Position numbers and translations under genes: made by a program. The notes under the pieces are model-generated. The model was not told where the DNA came from, made no database searches, and was given only the letters and a program-made list of their open reading frames with translations. This document shows, piece by piece, positions 14,025-25,966 of a DNA stretch of 64,000 nt (position 1 is its first letter; the number at the start of each line of letters is the position of its first letter). The DNA is from Mobula hypostoma (Eukaryota), in assembly GCF_963921235.1 (NCBI RefSeq), contig NC_086097.1, positions 57,600,001 through 57,664,000 of the forward strand, in the 5' to 3' direction.

Positions 14025-14828
14025 AGTTGCTGGTGAACGCAGCAGGCCAGGCAGCATCTCTAGGAAGAGGTACAGTCAACGTTTCAGGCCGAGACCCTTC
14101 GTCAGGACTAACTGAAGGAAGAGTTAGTAAGAGATTTGAAAGTGGGAGGGGGAGGGGGAGATCCAGAATGATAGGAGAAGACGGGAGTGGGAGGGATGGA
14201 GCCAGAGCTGGACAGGTGATTGGCAAAGGGGATATGAGAGGATCATGGGACAGGAGGCCCAGGGAGAAAGACAATGGGGGGGGAACCCAGAGGATGGGCA
14301 AGGGGTATAGACAGAGGGAGAAAAAGGAGAGTGAGAGAAAGAATGTGTGTATAAAAATAAATAACGGATGGGGTACAAGAGGGAGGTGGGGCATTAGCGG
14401 AAGTTAGAGAAGTCAATGTTCATGCCATCAGGTTGGAGGCTACCCAGACGGAATATAAGGTGTTGTTCCTCCAACCTGAGTGTGGCTTCATCTTTACAGT
14501 AGAGGAGGCTGTGGATGGACGTGTCAGAATGGGAATGGGATGTGGAATTAAAATGTGTGGCCACTGGGAGATCCTGCTTTCTCTGGCAGACAGAGCTTCT
14601 TGACTCCATCCCTCCCCTTCCTGTCTTCTCCTATCATTTTGGATCTCCCCCTCCCCCTCCCACTTTCAAATCTCTTACTAACTCTTCCTTCAGTTAGTCC
14701 TGACGAAGAGTCTCAGCCTGAAATGTCGACTGTACCTCTTCCTAGAGATGCTGCCTGGCCTGCTGCGTTCACCAGCAACTTTGATGTGTGTTGCTTGAAT
14801 TTCCAGCATCTGCAGAATTCCTGTTGTT
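14025..14828 (-). mobile_element. Penelope-like element 3' part with an inverted terminal-repeat copy
   Basis: GIY-YIG C-terminus (ORF 14394-14609); inverted arms; TSD catgctctcttctc at 14011-14024 and 14829-14842; inserted into an older LINE fragment. Confidence 0.9.
14074..14109 (-). ncRNA. Minimal type-I hammerhead ribozyme motif (GUU site)
   Basis: Minus strand reads agtc-CTGACGA-agggtctcggcct-GAAA-cg-TT-gact. Confidence 0.7.
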
Positions 14829-15694
14829 CATGCTCTCTTCTCGCTGCTGCCACCAGGAAGAAGGTACAAAAGCCGCAGCACCCACACCACCAGGTTATTA
14901 CCCCTCAATCAATAGGCTGTTGCAACAGTGGGGATAACTTCACTTGCCCCAATCGGTGGACTGATCCCACAGCTCACTTTCAATTCCTAAAAAAGGGAAA
15001 GAATGTGGGACTGGCAGAAGGTAATATGGCTTTCCATATAATAGGAGGGACAAATAGCAGTTCTAGGGAAATTGTTGTATTAGAAGTAGGCTACACTGAG
15101 CACACAGCATCGAAACAGATCATTTGGCCTAACCAATCTGTGCTGGTTACTTTGCTTCCCTCAAGCCATCTTCTATTCTTTTTAATGTCAGCCTATCAGC
15201 ATTTCCCTTGTTTTCATGTGCTCTTGAATACTTATCCAGACGCAACATGAATGCATCTAAACTGTTTACCTTAGCCTCTCTCGGTGCTAGTGAGATCAAC
15301 ATTCTCATTGCCCTTTTGATGATGCTTTCAGTTCACTCTGTAGAATCATACAGCACAGAAGTAGTTCCTTCAGCCCTCTATGTCCATGCTGACCATTCAA
15401 GTACCTGTCTATACTCTTCCCACTTATTAGCAGTTTGCCTTTGCTTATCTTTAAGACAATTGAATGACTTGCCAAATGCTTCTTAAATTTTGTAAGGGAA
15501 CTTGCCTCCACCCCTTTCTTGGATTGTGTGTTCCAGATTGTAGCCACTCTCTGTGTGGGGGAAACAAGACATTTCTCAGATCCTCTCTAGATATCTTACT
15601 TGCTTAGACCTATGCCCTCTGGTTTTAAACACCTCTGTTTGGAAAAATGTTTCATATCATCCACCTATCTATTCATTTCAAGATTTTGAAACCT

Positions 15695-16033
15695 TTACTT
15701 CTTCTCACCTGCCTATTACTTGCCCCTGGGTGCCCTCCTCTTTCTCTTTCTCCTATGGTTCACTCTCCTCTCCCATCAGACTCCTTCTTCTCCAGCCCTT
15801 GACCTTTCCCGCGCACATGGCTTCATCTATCACCTTCCAGTTAGCCTCTTTCTCCTTCCCCTATCTTTTTATTCTGGCATCTTCCCGCTTCCTTTCCAGT
15901 CCTGAAGAAGGGCCTTGGCCTAAAATGTTGACTATCAGTTAATTTCTATAGATGCTGCCTGACCTGCTAAGTTCCTTTAGCATTTTGTGTGTGTTGCTTT
16001 GGATTTCCAACATCTGCAGACTTTCTCGTGTTT
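15695..16033 (+). mobile_element. Older PLE terminal-repeat fragment with a mutated hammerhead core
   Basis: agtcCTGAAGAagggccttggcctAAAAtgttgact followed by the family 3' end. Confidence 0.7.
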
Positions 16034-16536
16034 ATGATTTGTACCTGAATCAGGTCTGCTCCAAGAAGAGCAAACCTATCCCTTCTCATAATTGAACCAT
16101 TCCATTCCAGGGAACATCCTGGTGAATCTCCCTGCAACATCTCCAGTGCAATCACATCCTTCCTATAGTGTTATGGCTAGAACTGCATTCAAAAGTCCAG
16201 CACCAATGTTTTTATAAAGTTGTTCAAGACTTTATTATATTATATGATTGGACTAATGAAGGCAAGCATCCCAAATGCTTCTTCATCATCCAACCTACCT
16301 GTGCTGCCACCTTCAGGGTTCTTTGGACTTAGACTCTCAGGTCCTTTTGCTCCTCAGTGCTCCCTCCACTCATGGATACATATATGTCCATTACCCTAGT
16401 TAGACAGGAAAAATATCACTTGTGATCTCATTGAATGGTGGAGTAGACAAGTAAGGCTAACCTAAGTTTCTTACATTTTACCTTATTTATTTTACCAAAA
16501 TGTAATACCTAACACCCATGTTTAAATGCATTCATT

Positions 16537-16726
16537 TAAAGAAGGTGGGGGAGGGTTGGACCACCTTCTTTATAGGGCCTCTGCCCCTTCCCTCTTCAGT
16601 CCTGACGAAGGGTTCCGGCCCGAAATGTCGACTCATCATTTCCATGGATGCTGCCCGACCTGCTGAGTTCCTCCAGCGTGTTGTGAGTGTTGCTTTGACC
16701 CCAGCATCTGCAGAGTATTTTGTGTT
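16537..16726 (+). mobile_element. PLE terminal-repeat fragment of a second subfamily, with a short 5' inversion
   Basis: 12-bp hairpin taaagaaggtgg/ccaccttcttta at the 5' end; hammerhead; cagcatctgcag tail. Confidence 0.75.
16598..16633 (+). ncRNA. Minimal type-I hammerhead ribozyme motif (GUC site)
   Basis: agtc-CTGACGA-a-gggttccggccc-GAAA-tg-TC-gact. Confidence 0.7.
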
Positions 16727-17106
16727 CTCTTAACCGCTTACTGCTGTTATCTGTTTTGTGTCCTGAAACCAGACAACTATTCACTCTGCTGCGTGCCTCA
16801 AAACTTTTACATGGGACCTTATCAAAAGATCTTGAAATAAAGATAAAAGTACATTTACAGAATTACTCACATGTATTTGCAGTTCTGTGTGGTGGGGGCA
16901 GAAAGCACAAAAGAAACTGCAGTCGTGGAACAAAGTATTTCTGAATGAAGACTGGTCAAAACACATAAACTTGTTAAAATGTCATTATTTTGATTCTCTG
17001 TATGTTTTGGATTATTTAAATTTGATATTTAACTGTGAGCATCAAACAAATGGCCTATAGGATATGTTCCAGTACAGTATGTGTAAACTGAGACAGTTTC
17101 AAAGGG

Positions 17107-17324
17107 CCATACATCAAAGTTGCTGGTGAACGCAGCAGGCCAAGCAGCATCTATAGGAAGAGGCGCAGTCGACGTTTCAGGCCGAGACGAACTCCTGACG
17201 AAGGGTCTCGGCCTGAAACGTCAACTGCGCCTCTTCCTATAGATGCTGCTTGGCCTGCTGCGTTCACCAGCAACTTTGATGTATGTTGCTTGAATTTCCA
17301 GCATCTGCAGAATTCCTGTTGTTT
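17107..17324. mobile_element. Palindromic PLE-derived mini-element 1
   Basis: ~80-bp inverted arms with 1 mismatch; TSD acagtttcaaaggg at 17093-17106 and 17325-17338. Confidence 0.92.
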
Positions 17325-18394
17325 ACAGTTTCAAAGGGATAGCTTCTGCCTTGTAGGTAATGTTTTTGTTTGAGTTCTGTATTTTAGCTACAAATTATTG
17401 TCTCCACTCACACACTGAACACTGCAGGTGTGAGACTCTGTAAGTACAACATCCATAGGCCACGGTGAATACATTTATTTTCATAAGAGTTAGACGGATT
17501 AGAATCTAGCTCATGACAAAAGGCATACTGCTGGAGATTCCCCATTTTCTTTCTAAAATTAAATTGTTTATTAAAAAGAAGTTTAGTACAGCTTGACTGA
17601 TTTAATGCAAAGGAGAATTATTACTGTTCAAACCATAAATTTAATTGTGTTTTCCATTTTCCCTGTTCATTTAAAGCTTATTAATTTATCCAATGCAAAA
17701 ACAAAAAAACAGGCTAGGCAGTATCTGTGGAAAAGGAAATAGAGTTAAAGTTTCAGGTTGACTAATATTCATTAGAATCATCAACTCTTTTTCTTTCCAG
17801 AGATATTGACTGACCAACTCTCTGTAGCATTTTCTACATTGTTCTAGCATCCTCAGCTTTTTATTTTTATATATTGCTGTGATTTATGTGTTAAATAATT
17901 CAAAACTAATGACAGCAATGGCCCATGTGCTACCTAGGCACTAAGGGTTCAGACGACGACGAATGACAGCAATTCTGAAACGTATTGTTTTATCATTCAA
18001 AAAATTAGTTAGAAATTCATTTGTCAGGAACTTCTGCTGCTGGTGTTAGTAGGCATTCCAGAATTAAGCTAATGTTCCTTGATTTGCATTGATGCTATAT
18101 CTGGAACATTGCCCTACATAGGAAGGTCTGAAAATAAAGCATATGAATTCCACACCCATGTCAATATTCTTTGCCTGAAAAATCTTATGTCATCTTGGAC
18201 ATATCTCTGCTGGGTTGTAATAAACTGATACTGATTTGACGCTGTTTGTGTTGCACTAATTTCCTACGATAGCCACAGTCATGCAAATTTTTGATTCACA
18301 GAATTCAATCAGCTTTGCCTTTTTATATAATGCTTATTTTGACCAATTATAAGATGTCTTCACCTATTAGACAAGTGGATGCAAGATAGGGACT

Positions 18395-18702
18395 ATAGGC
18401 ATCTGTTAGTCTCGTGAGACCATGGATTTACACCTTGGAAGGTTTCCAGGACGCAGGCCTGGGCAAGGTTGTATGGAACACCGGCAGTTGCCTATGCCGC
18501 AAGTCGCCCCTCTCCACGCCACTGATGTTGTCGAAGGGAAGGGCACTAGGGCCGATACAGCTTGGCACCCGTGTCGTCGCAGAGCAATGTGTGGTTCAGT
18601 GCCTTGCTCAAGGACACAACACACTGCCTCCCTCAGCTGAGGCTCAAACTAGCGACCTTCAGATCACTAGACCGACGCCTTAACCACTTGGCCACATGCC
18701 AA
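18395..18702 (-). mobile_element. Near-full-length tRNA-derived SINE (CORE-like)
   Basis: Minus strand has ggcatgTGGCCAAGTGGttaagg...GTTTGAGCC and gtgtccttgagcaaggcact. Same family as 12543. Confidence 0.8.
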
Positions 18703-18719
18703 GACTATGTGAACTTCAA

Positions 18720-19575
18720 TTCGGAATAAGAATCACCCTTATTATCAGACATATGAATTTAAATTTGCTGTTCTACAGTAACAGTAGAATGCAAAGGCAA
18801 AATCTACAAATTACAAAAGTAAATAGTGCAATAAAATGAATAATGAGATAGTGGTCATGGCTTCATAAACCATTCAGAAATCTGAGGGCAGAGAGGAAGA
18901 AGCTGTTCCTAAAACGTCTTCAGGACCTTCTCCCTGAGGTGGTAATGAGAAGAGGGCATGTTCCAGATGGTGAGGGTCTTTAATGATATGTGCCACCTTC
19001 TTCGGGCATTGTCTCTTGAAGATATCCTCAATAGCATGCTTGGTCGTACCAGTGATAGAGCTGGTTGAGTCTACAACCTTCTGCAGCCTCGTGTGATCCT
19101 GTGCACTAGAGACTCCATAGCAGACAGTGATGCAATTCAATCAGAATGCTCTCCACCTACTGAAATCTGTAAGAGTCTTTGGTGACATACCAGATCTTCT
19201 CAAGGTCCTACCAAAGTAGAGCCATTGGTGTGCCTTCTTCTTGATTGCATCAGTATGTTGGGTTCAGCATAGATTCTCCAAGATGTTGATATCCAAGAAC
19301 TTGAAGCTATTCATCCTTTACACTCTTGACCCCTAGATGTGGACTAGTATGTGTTCCCCTGACTTCACCTTCCTGAAGTCTACAACTAATTTCTTGGTCT
19401 TGGTGACATTGAGTGCCAGGTTATTGTTCAGACCAACCAGCCAAACAACCTTGCTGCTGTAAGCCTCTTCATTGCTATCTGAGATTCTACCAACACTGTC
19501 ACTGGTGAATTTATAGAAGGAGCTTGAGCTTTACCTAGTCACACAGTTTCAAGTGCAAAGAGAATAAAGCAGAGG
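18720..19575 (-). mobile_element. Old Rex1/L2-like LINE 3' fragment
   Basis: ORF 18874-19140 (CITVCYG..LQKVV..IIKDPHH). Confidence 0.75.
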
Positions 19576-19730
19576 GAGGTATACCTGCTTTTCTGCTGAT
19601 TCTTATTAATTTCTAGGTAGTTAAGATCAAAAGTAAGTAATTGAAATACAAATTAGGAACAATGCAATTGAACTGGCCTGTAGCATTCATGAGTTTATGT
19701 TTATGTTAACATCTTTGAAATGTTCTTCTA

Positions 19731-19906
19731 CAAGTCCTCCCCAGTTTATGAATGCCCTGTGTATCTTCATTTCATAACATATGTTTGGGAGAGTGGTGAG
19801 ATGGATCGGCTACCTTTAATGCGAGGGGCCAGTTCATGGCGGCATTTCCAATTTATAAGCTGTTAAATTTACAAGCTGAGCCCAACCATAACGTAAGGAG
19901 GACCTG
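19731..19906. mobile_element. Tigger-like MITE
   Basis: TA-caagtcctcc ... ggaggacctg-TA: terminal inverted repeats plus TA duplication. Confidence 0.65.
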
Positions 19907-21629
19907 TATAGTAATGTTTGAAACACATAATTTTAATTATATTATGATTAAAAGATTCAAATTTATATCTGTGCATTAGTATTTTGTTAGAAAATTAAAA
20001 CCAGCCTAACAAAAATTTATTGCAGATTGTGGTAACTTTGTTTATTCATCCAATGGCGAATATTTTCATTTGCTATTTTCTGCATTACCACAAGATGGCA
20101 GGTGTAGTCAACCATAATGTTGGATATCACAAAAATTCCCAAACCCTGATTTGATTACCATGTGAACGGCAAGATGATTAAGATTTCTATGAGGTAATCT
20201 TTCATTTAAATTCTGATTCTTTGCTGTTCTATGGTTTTACTAATCCATCCTTCTAGTAAGGTAGTTGCTTGTCAGCACTTTGTTCGTGCTGGTATCTGAC
20301 ATGCGGCATTAGATTCTGAAAATACTACAGCTGACCCCTCTGCAATTCAACTGCTATTGAGCTTAAAATTTAATAAATTTTTATTAGCTTTTGTGAATAG
20401 CAGATAGATAATGTTGTCTACTATTGGTGCAACAGGCTTCTAAGTTTAGCTAGTAACTTTTCATAAACTATACTGGTATCTGTCCCCCACGTTTCCTTCG
20501 CTACATCGACGACTGCATTGGCGCTGCTTCCTTCATGTCTGTTGAGCTCGTTGACTTCATTAACTTTGCCTCCAACTTTCACCCTGCCCTCAAGTTTACC
20601 TGGTCCATTTCCGACACTTCCCTCCCCTTTCTAGATCTCTCTGTCTCTATCTCTGGAGACAGCTTATCTACTGATGTCTACTATAAGCCTACGGACTCTC
20701 ACAGCTATATAGACTATTCTTCTTCTCACCCTGTCTTTTGCAAAAATGCCATCCCCTTCTCGCAATTCCTCCGTCTCCGCCACATCTACCCTCAGGATGA
20801 GGCTTTTCATTCCAGGACAAAGGAGATGTCCTCCTTTTTTAAAGAAAGAGGCTTCCCTTCCTCCACCATCAACTCAAACACATCCCTCCCATTTCACGCA
20901 CAACTGCTCTCACCCCATCCTCCTGTCACCCTACTAGGATTAGGGTTCCCCTTGCCCTCACCTACCACCCCACCAGCCTCTGGGTCCAACATATAATTCT
21001 CTGTAACTTCCGCCACCTCCAACGGGATCCCACCACTAAACACATCTTTCCCTCCACACCATCTGCTTTCCATAGGGATCGCTCCCTACGCGACTCCCTT
21101 GTCCATTCATCCCCCCCATCCCTCCCCACTGATCTCCCTCCTGGCACTTATCCTTATAAGCGGAACAAGTGCTAACATGCCCTTACACTTCCTCCCTCAC
21201 TACCATTCAGGGCCCCAGACAGTCCTTCCAGGTGAGGTGACATTTCACCTGTGAGTCGGCTGGGGTAATATACTGCGTCCTGTGCTCCCGATGCGGCCTT
21301 CTATATATTGGCGAGACCCGACACAGACTGGGAGACCGTTTCACTGAACACCTACGCTCTGTCCGCCAGAGAAGCAAGATCTCCCAGTGGCCACACATTT
21401 TAATTCCACATCCCATTCCCATTCTGCTAAGTCTATCCACGGCCTCCTCTACTGTAAAGATGAAGCCACACTCAGGTTGGAGGAACAACACCTTATATTC
21501 CATCTGGGTAGCCTCCAACCTGATGGTATGAACACTGACTTCTCTAACTTCCGTTAATGTCCCACCTCCCCCTCCTATCCCATCCGTTTTATATACATAT
21601 ATTTAAAAAATATATATATATATATAAAT

Positions 21630-22480
21630 AATGTAGTAACTCCAAAAACATGTTCACTGTTTTCATGAGATTTGGTGGCTTTTAGCAAATCAGTCTTTAA
21701 AGGTAGTTCTGAAACTGCTAGCCATGGGTATTTCACCATCTGCTTCTGCAATACCATGCCAAAATATTTACCTCGAGCAAAAAATATTAATGTCTATTGG
21801 GTCAACCAATAAATAACACAATTACTATTGACAATCTAACAATGCAGCATCACATCTGTGTAAAAACTTTAAATCGGCTTATTAATTTAAATAGAGAAAG
21901 AGAGAACCTGTGGATTGCCGAATACCAGATGAATTGCGATAGTCTTTGGGGTAACTGTAAGGTCTGTGTTTCTGCTATCGCTTAGCTCGCACTTGTGCTC
22001 AGTAGCGGGTGTGGTTTTTGTTGTGCCAGTGGGGGGAGGGGAGATTGTTGCTCGCCGCCGCTTACGCACGGGAGGGAGAAGCTGGGGGTACTTTGGGGTT
22101 CTCACATTTAACTGTCATTCATTCTTCGGGGCATTTCTCTGTTTTTGTGGATATTTTGCAAAGAAAAAGCATTTCAGGATGTATATGGTATACGTTTCTC
22201 TGACATTTAATTGAACCTTTGAAATGTTATCTTGGTTCCAATCTTTAGAAATGTCATCAAACTTAAACATTAATAATATTTTGCTCTCCACATATACTGC
22301 TTGACCTGATGAAAGTATGCAGTAGTTTCTGATTTTAAGTCAGATTTCCAGCATCTGCAGTTTTGTTTTTTGCTTCATTATCTACTATCAAACATGAAAC
22401 AGGAAAGAAAGTGAAATAAAAAAGAAGAAAGGTGTCATGCTTTTGCAGAGATGGCAGGACACTCCAATGGGCACAGCAAT
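21630..22480 (-). repeat. Inverted duplicate (derived copy) of 24576-25426
   Basis: 851-bp reverse-complement match with a few percent differences; flanked on both sides by (TA)n. Confidence 0.95.
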
Positions 22481-22742
22481 ATATATATATATATATTTCT
22501 TTTTCTCTCTCTCCTTTTTCTCCCTCTGTCCCTCTCACTATACTCCTTGCCCATCCTCTGGGCTTCCCTCCTCCCCCTTTCTTTCTTCGTAGGCCTCCCA
22601 TCCCATGATCCTCTCATATCCCTTTTGCCAGTCAACTGTCCAGCTCTTGGCCCCATCCCTCCCCCTCCTGTCATCTCCTATCATTTTGGATCTCTCCCTC
22701 CCCCTCCCACTTTCAAATCTCTTACTAGCTCTTCTTTCAGTT

Positions 22743-22778
22743 AGTCCTGATGAAGGGTCTCGGCCCGAAATATCGACT
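22743..22778 (+). ncRNA. Minimal type-I hammerhead ribozyme motif (AUC site)
   Basis: agtc-CTGATGA-a-gggtctcggccc-GAAA-ta-TC-gact. Confidence 0.7.
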
Positions 22779-24279
22779 GTACCTCTTCCTATAGATGCTG
22801 CCTGGCCTGCTGCGTTCACCAGCAACTTTTATGTGTGTTAACTTTTCATAATGCTGATCTAGATCTCAGCACTAACAGAAAATGGATAAACAGGAAGAAG
22901 GCAGCCTAACTAATCTCATGCTCCTGTGTGTTTAGTTCTGGAGTGTATTTGGAAGTACTGCTGTAGCAAGTATTTTACTTATCCTTTTAATTGGGGAATA
23001 ACTAAGAAAGTAATATTTAAATGGAAAGAAGGTACACAATTGATGGATGAAAATGTATTTTTTGTGAACCTAGATGCCGTGCATTTAAAGTTGCTGATGG
23101 TGTTGATTGAAGAAGACTTGCAGATTAGGGTGGTGAAAGATCTTTTTTTTGTGTTTAGTAGAGTCACAATTCTCATTGTTTGCTTGAATCATCAGATTGA
23201 CAGAGGAGGTTTGGGTAATTTCATTAACAGTCCTTCTGACAATACTGTGTGCCATCACTGCAGAATGGCTCGTACTGAACAAAGGTCTATGTGAAACCCT
23301 TCACAATTTCAGGACACCCAGAAACATATTAGCTTTTGCAGCTAATTAAGTACTTTTGAAGTGCAGTCAATGTTGTAATGATGGAAACATGGCAAATTTA
23401 CACAGTGATAATGATCACATAATCTGTTCTGGTGAAGTTAATTGAGCATTAAATCTTAGCCAGCACACTTTGGAGAACTAATCTGTTTTCCTTGTAAAAA
23501 GTTCCAGTCGGATCTTTTATGTACACACGTATGGGAAACTGGAATCTTGATTAGCACTGTATTAGAGTGTCAGCCTAGATTTTTGTGCTCAAATCTGGAC
23601 CCTGAATACACAACTCTTGAACACAAGGAGTGTGAGTACTTCCAACGGAGACACGCAAAATTACAAGCTCATATTCAGAGGTGAGCTTGAACTCGTGCTT
23701 TTCTGGTTTACAAAGTTAAGCTGGAACAAGAGTTGCTTTCTTCGTACTTATTCGTTGTTGAAATTGTTTATCCTAGACTTTGGGATAAAATCACAACCAT
23801 CATAATTGTACTTCTTATATCCTACCTGCACATGACCCTTCAGGAAATAATCACCATCAAATGTCTATGAAAGATGGTCAACAGGTAATATGCTTAAGAA
23901 GATTGGGAAGGCCTCCCTTTATCAAGTTCCATTTTGCAACTTGCACTATATTTGTAAAATTCGTTGCTGGAGGATATCAGACCATTAATGTGGGTCAGGG
24001 CTGTGACTTGAGGAAATTCATCAGTTCTGTAGCTCCAGAAAGGGTACAGAAAAGGAGAATGTGATTCAGTAAAGCAGGAAAATGACTACCTCTGATCCTA
24101 ACTTATACTCAATGGTTGATTACACAGACCTATAAATTTCTGTTTATTTCATCAAATAATGTGTTCTTTTGGTTGGGTGAAAGAAACTATTGGATTGTCC
24201 AAACAAACTGCAATCTGACAGAGAGTTTCCTACTTTACAAATGTTGAATATTTTGCCTGCAAAATACTTGCTTTTACAA

Positions 24280-24587
24280 CACAGAGGGGCCATTCAGCTC
24301 ATCAGAGCAATTGAATCATTTTGATTCGCCCACTTTGTTTTTTCACTATGGCCGTACAGCTTACTTTGTTCCTCATTCCCATCAACTCCCTGTTGATTCT
24401 TTTGCCACTTACATATACTCTGAGTAATTTGAAGTAGCCATTTAACCTACCAACATGTCTATGGAATGTGCAAGGAATTGTGGAATATGCATCAAAAATC
24501 TTGCAAACTCAATGTAAACATTACCCAAGGTCAGAATTGAAGCTACCTTCATTGAGCTGTGAGACAACTGTGCTAATTGCTGTGCCC
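24280..24587 (-). mobile_element. Degenerate tRNA-derived SINE (V-SINE/HE1-like)
   Basis: Minus strand starts ggcacagcaattagcacagttgtctcacagct and has a CR1-like 3' tail. Confidence 0.55.
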
Positions 24588-25426
24588 ATTGGAGTGTCCT
24601 GACATCTCTGCAAAAGCGTGACACCTTTCTTCCTTTTTATTTCACTTTCTTTCCAGTTTCATGTTTGATAGTAGATAATGAAGCAAAAAACAAAACTGCA
24701 GATGCTGGAAATCTGACTTAAAATCAGAAACTACTGCATACTTTCATCAGGTCAAGCAGTATATGTGGAGAGCAAAATATTATTATTGTTTAAGTTTGAT
24801 GACATTTCCAAAGATTGGAACCAAGATAACATTTCAAAGGTTCAATTAAATGTCAGAGAAACGTATACCATATACATCCTGAAATACTTTTTCTTCGCAG
24901 AATATCCACAAAAACAGAGAAGTGCCCCAAGGAATGAATGACAGTTAAATGTGAGAACCCCAAAGTACCCCCAGCTTCTCCCTCCCGTGCGTAAGCGGCG
25001 GCGAGCAACAATCTCCCCTCCCCCCACTGGCAAAACAAAAAACGCACCCGCTACTGAGCACATGCGTGAACTAAGCGGTAGCAGAAACACAGACCTTACA
25101 GTTACCCCAAAGACTATCGCAATTCGTCTGGTATTTGGCAATCCACAGGTTCTCTCTCTCTCTATTTAAATTAATAAACCGATTTAAAGTTTTTACACAG
25201 ATGTGATGCTACATTGTTAGATTGTCAATAGTAATTGTGTTATTTATTGGTTGACCCAATAGACATTAATATTTTTTGCTCGAGGTAAATATTTTGGCAT
25301 GGCATTGAAGAAGCGGATGGTGAAATACCCATGGCTAGCATTTTCAGAACTACCTTTAAAGACTGATTTGCTAAAAGCCACCAAATCTCATGAAAACAGT
25401 GAACATGTTTTTGGAGTTACTACATT
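24576..25426 (+). repeat. Donor copy of the inverted duplication; contains a short non-autonomous element (24833-25165) of the same family as 54685-55062
   Basis: Continuous with the flanking SINE. ORF-track peptides mirror those at 21887-22214. Confidence 0.93.
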
Positions 25427-25478
25427 GACAATGTTGTGCTTCACTGGATTAAGATAGAGGAGAAGTAGTCTGGCATAA

Positions 25479-25966
25479 ATTGAATTGAATTAACTTTATT
25501 ACTGACATCCTTCATATACATGAGGAGTAAAAATCTTTACATTACGTCTCCATCTAAATGTGCAATGTGCAATTTATCGTAATTTATACTAAATAGCATG
25601 TACAACAGGATAGTCAATATAACATAGAAATACAGTTGTATCAGCATGAGTTAAACAGTCTGATGGCCGGGTGGAAGAAGCTGTCCCAGAGCCTGTTGGT
25701 CCTGGCTTTTATACTGTGGTATCGTTTCCTGGATGGTGGTAGCTGGAACAGTTTGTGGTTGGGGTGACTCTGATCCCCAATGATCTTTCGGGCCCTTTTT
25801 ACACATCTGTCTTTGTAAATGTCCTGAATAGTGGGAAGTTTACATCTACAGATGCGCTGGACTGTCCACACCACTCTCTGCAGAGTCCTGCGATTAAGGG
25901 AGGTACAGTTCCCATACCAGGCAGTGTTGCAGCCAGTCAGGATGCTCTCAGTTGTGCCCCTGTAGA
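25479..25966 (-). mobile_element. Rex1/L2-like LINE 3' fragment
   Basis: ORF 25641-25874 and (AATTC)n tail. Confidence 0.8.

Larger units (their letters stand above)
20467..22838 (+). mobile_element. 5'-truncated Penelope-like element (RT, GIY-YIG, terminal repeat), interrupted at 21630-22480
   Basis: FLRYIDDCIG near 20493; GVIYC..LYIGET near 21262; TSD taacttttcataa at 20454-20466 and 22839-22851. Confidence 0.92.

Noticed and set aside
12543..18702. tRNA-like sequences at 12543-12678 and 18395-18702
   Set aside because: These are SINE heads that continue into SINE body sequence, not tRNA genes.
19794..19812. GEMDR peptide resembling TALPID3 GDMDR
   Set aside because: Lies inside a Tigger-like MITE and lacks a phase-1 acceptor.
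20026..20192. Possible exon DCGNFVYSS...
   Set aside because: No frame stays open to the good donor near 20193, and the earlier donor is weak and in the wrong phase.
23844..23884. Short AG..GT segment GNNHHQMSMKDGQQ
   Set aside because: Phase 1 to 0 would shift the frame of the last exon, and no partner exon was found.
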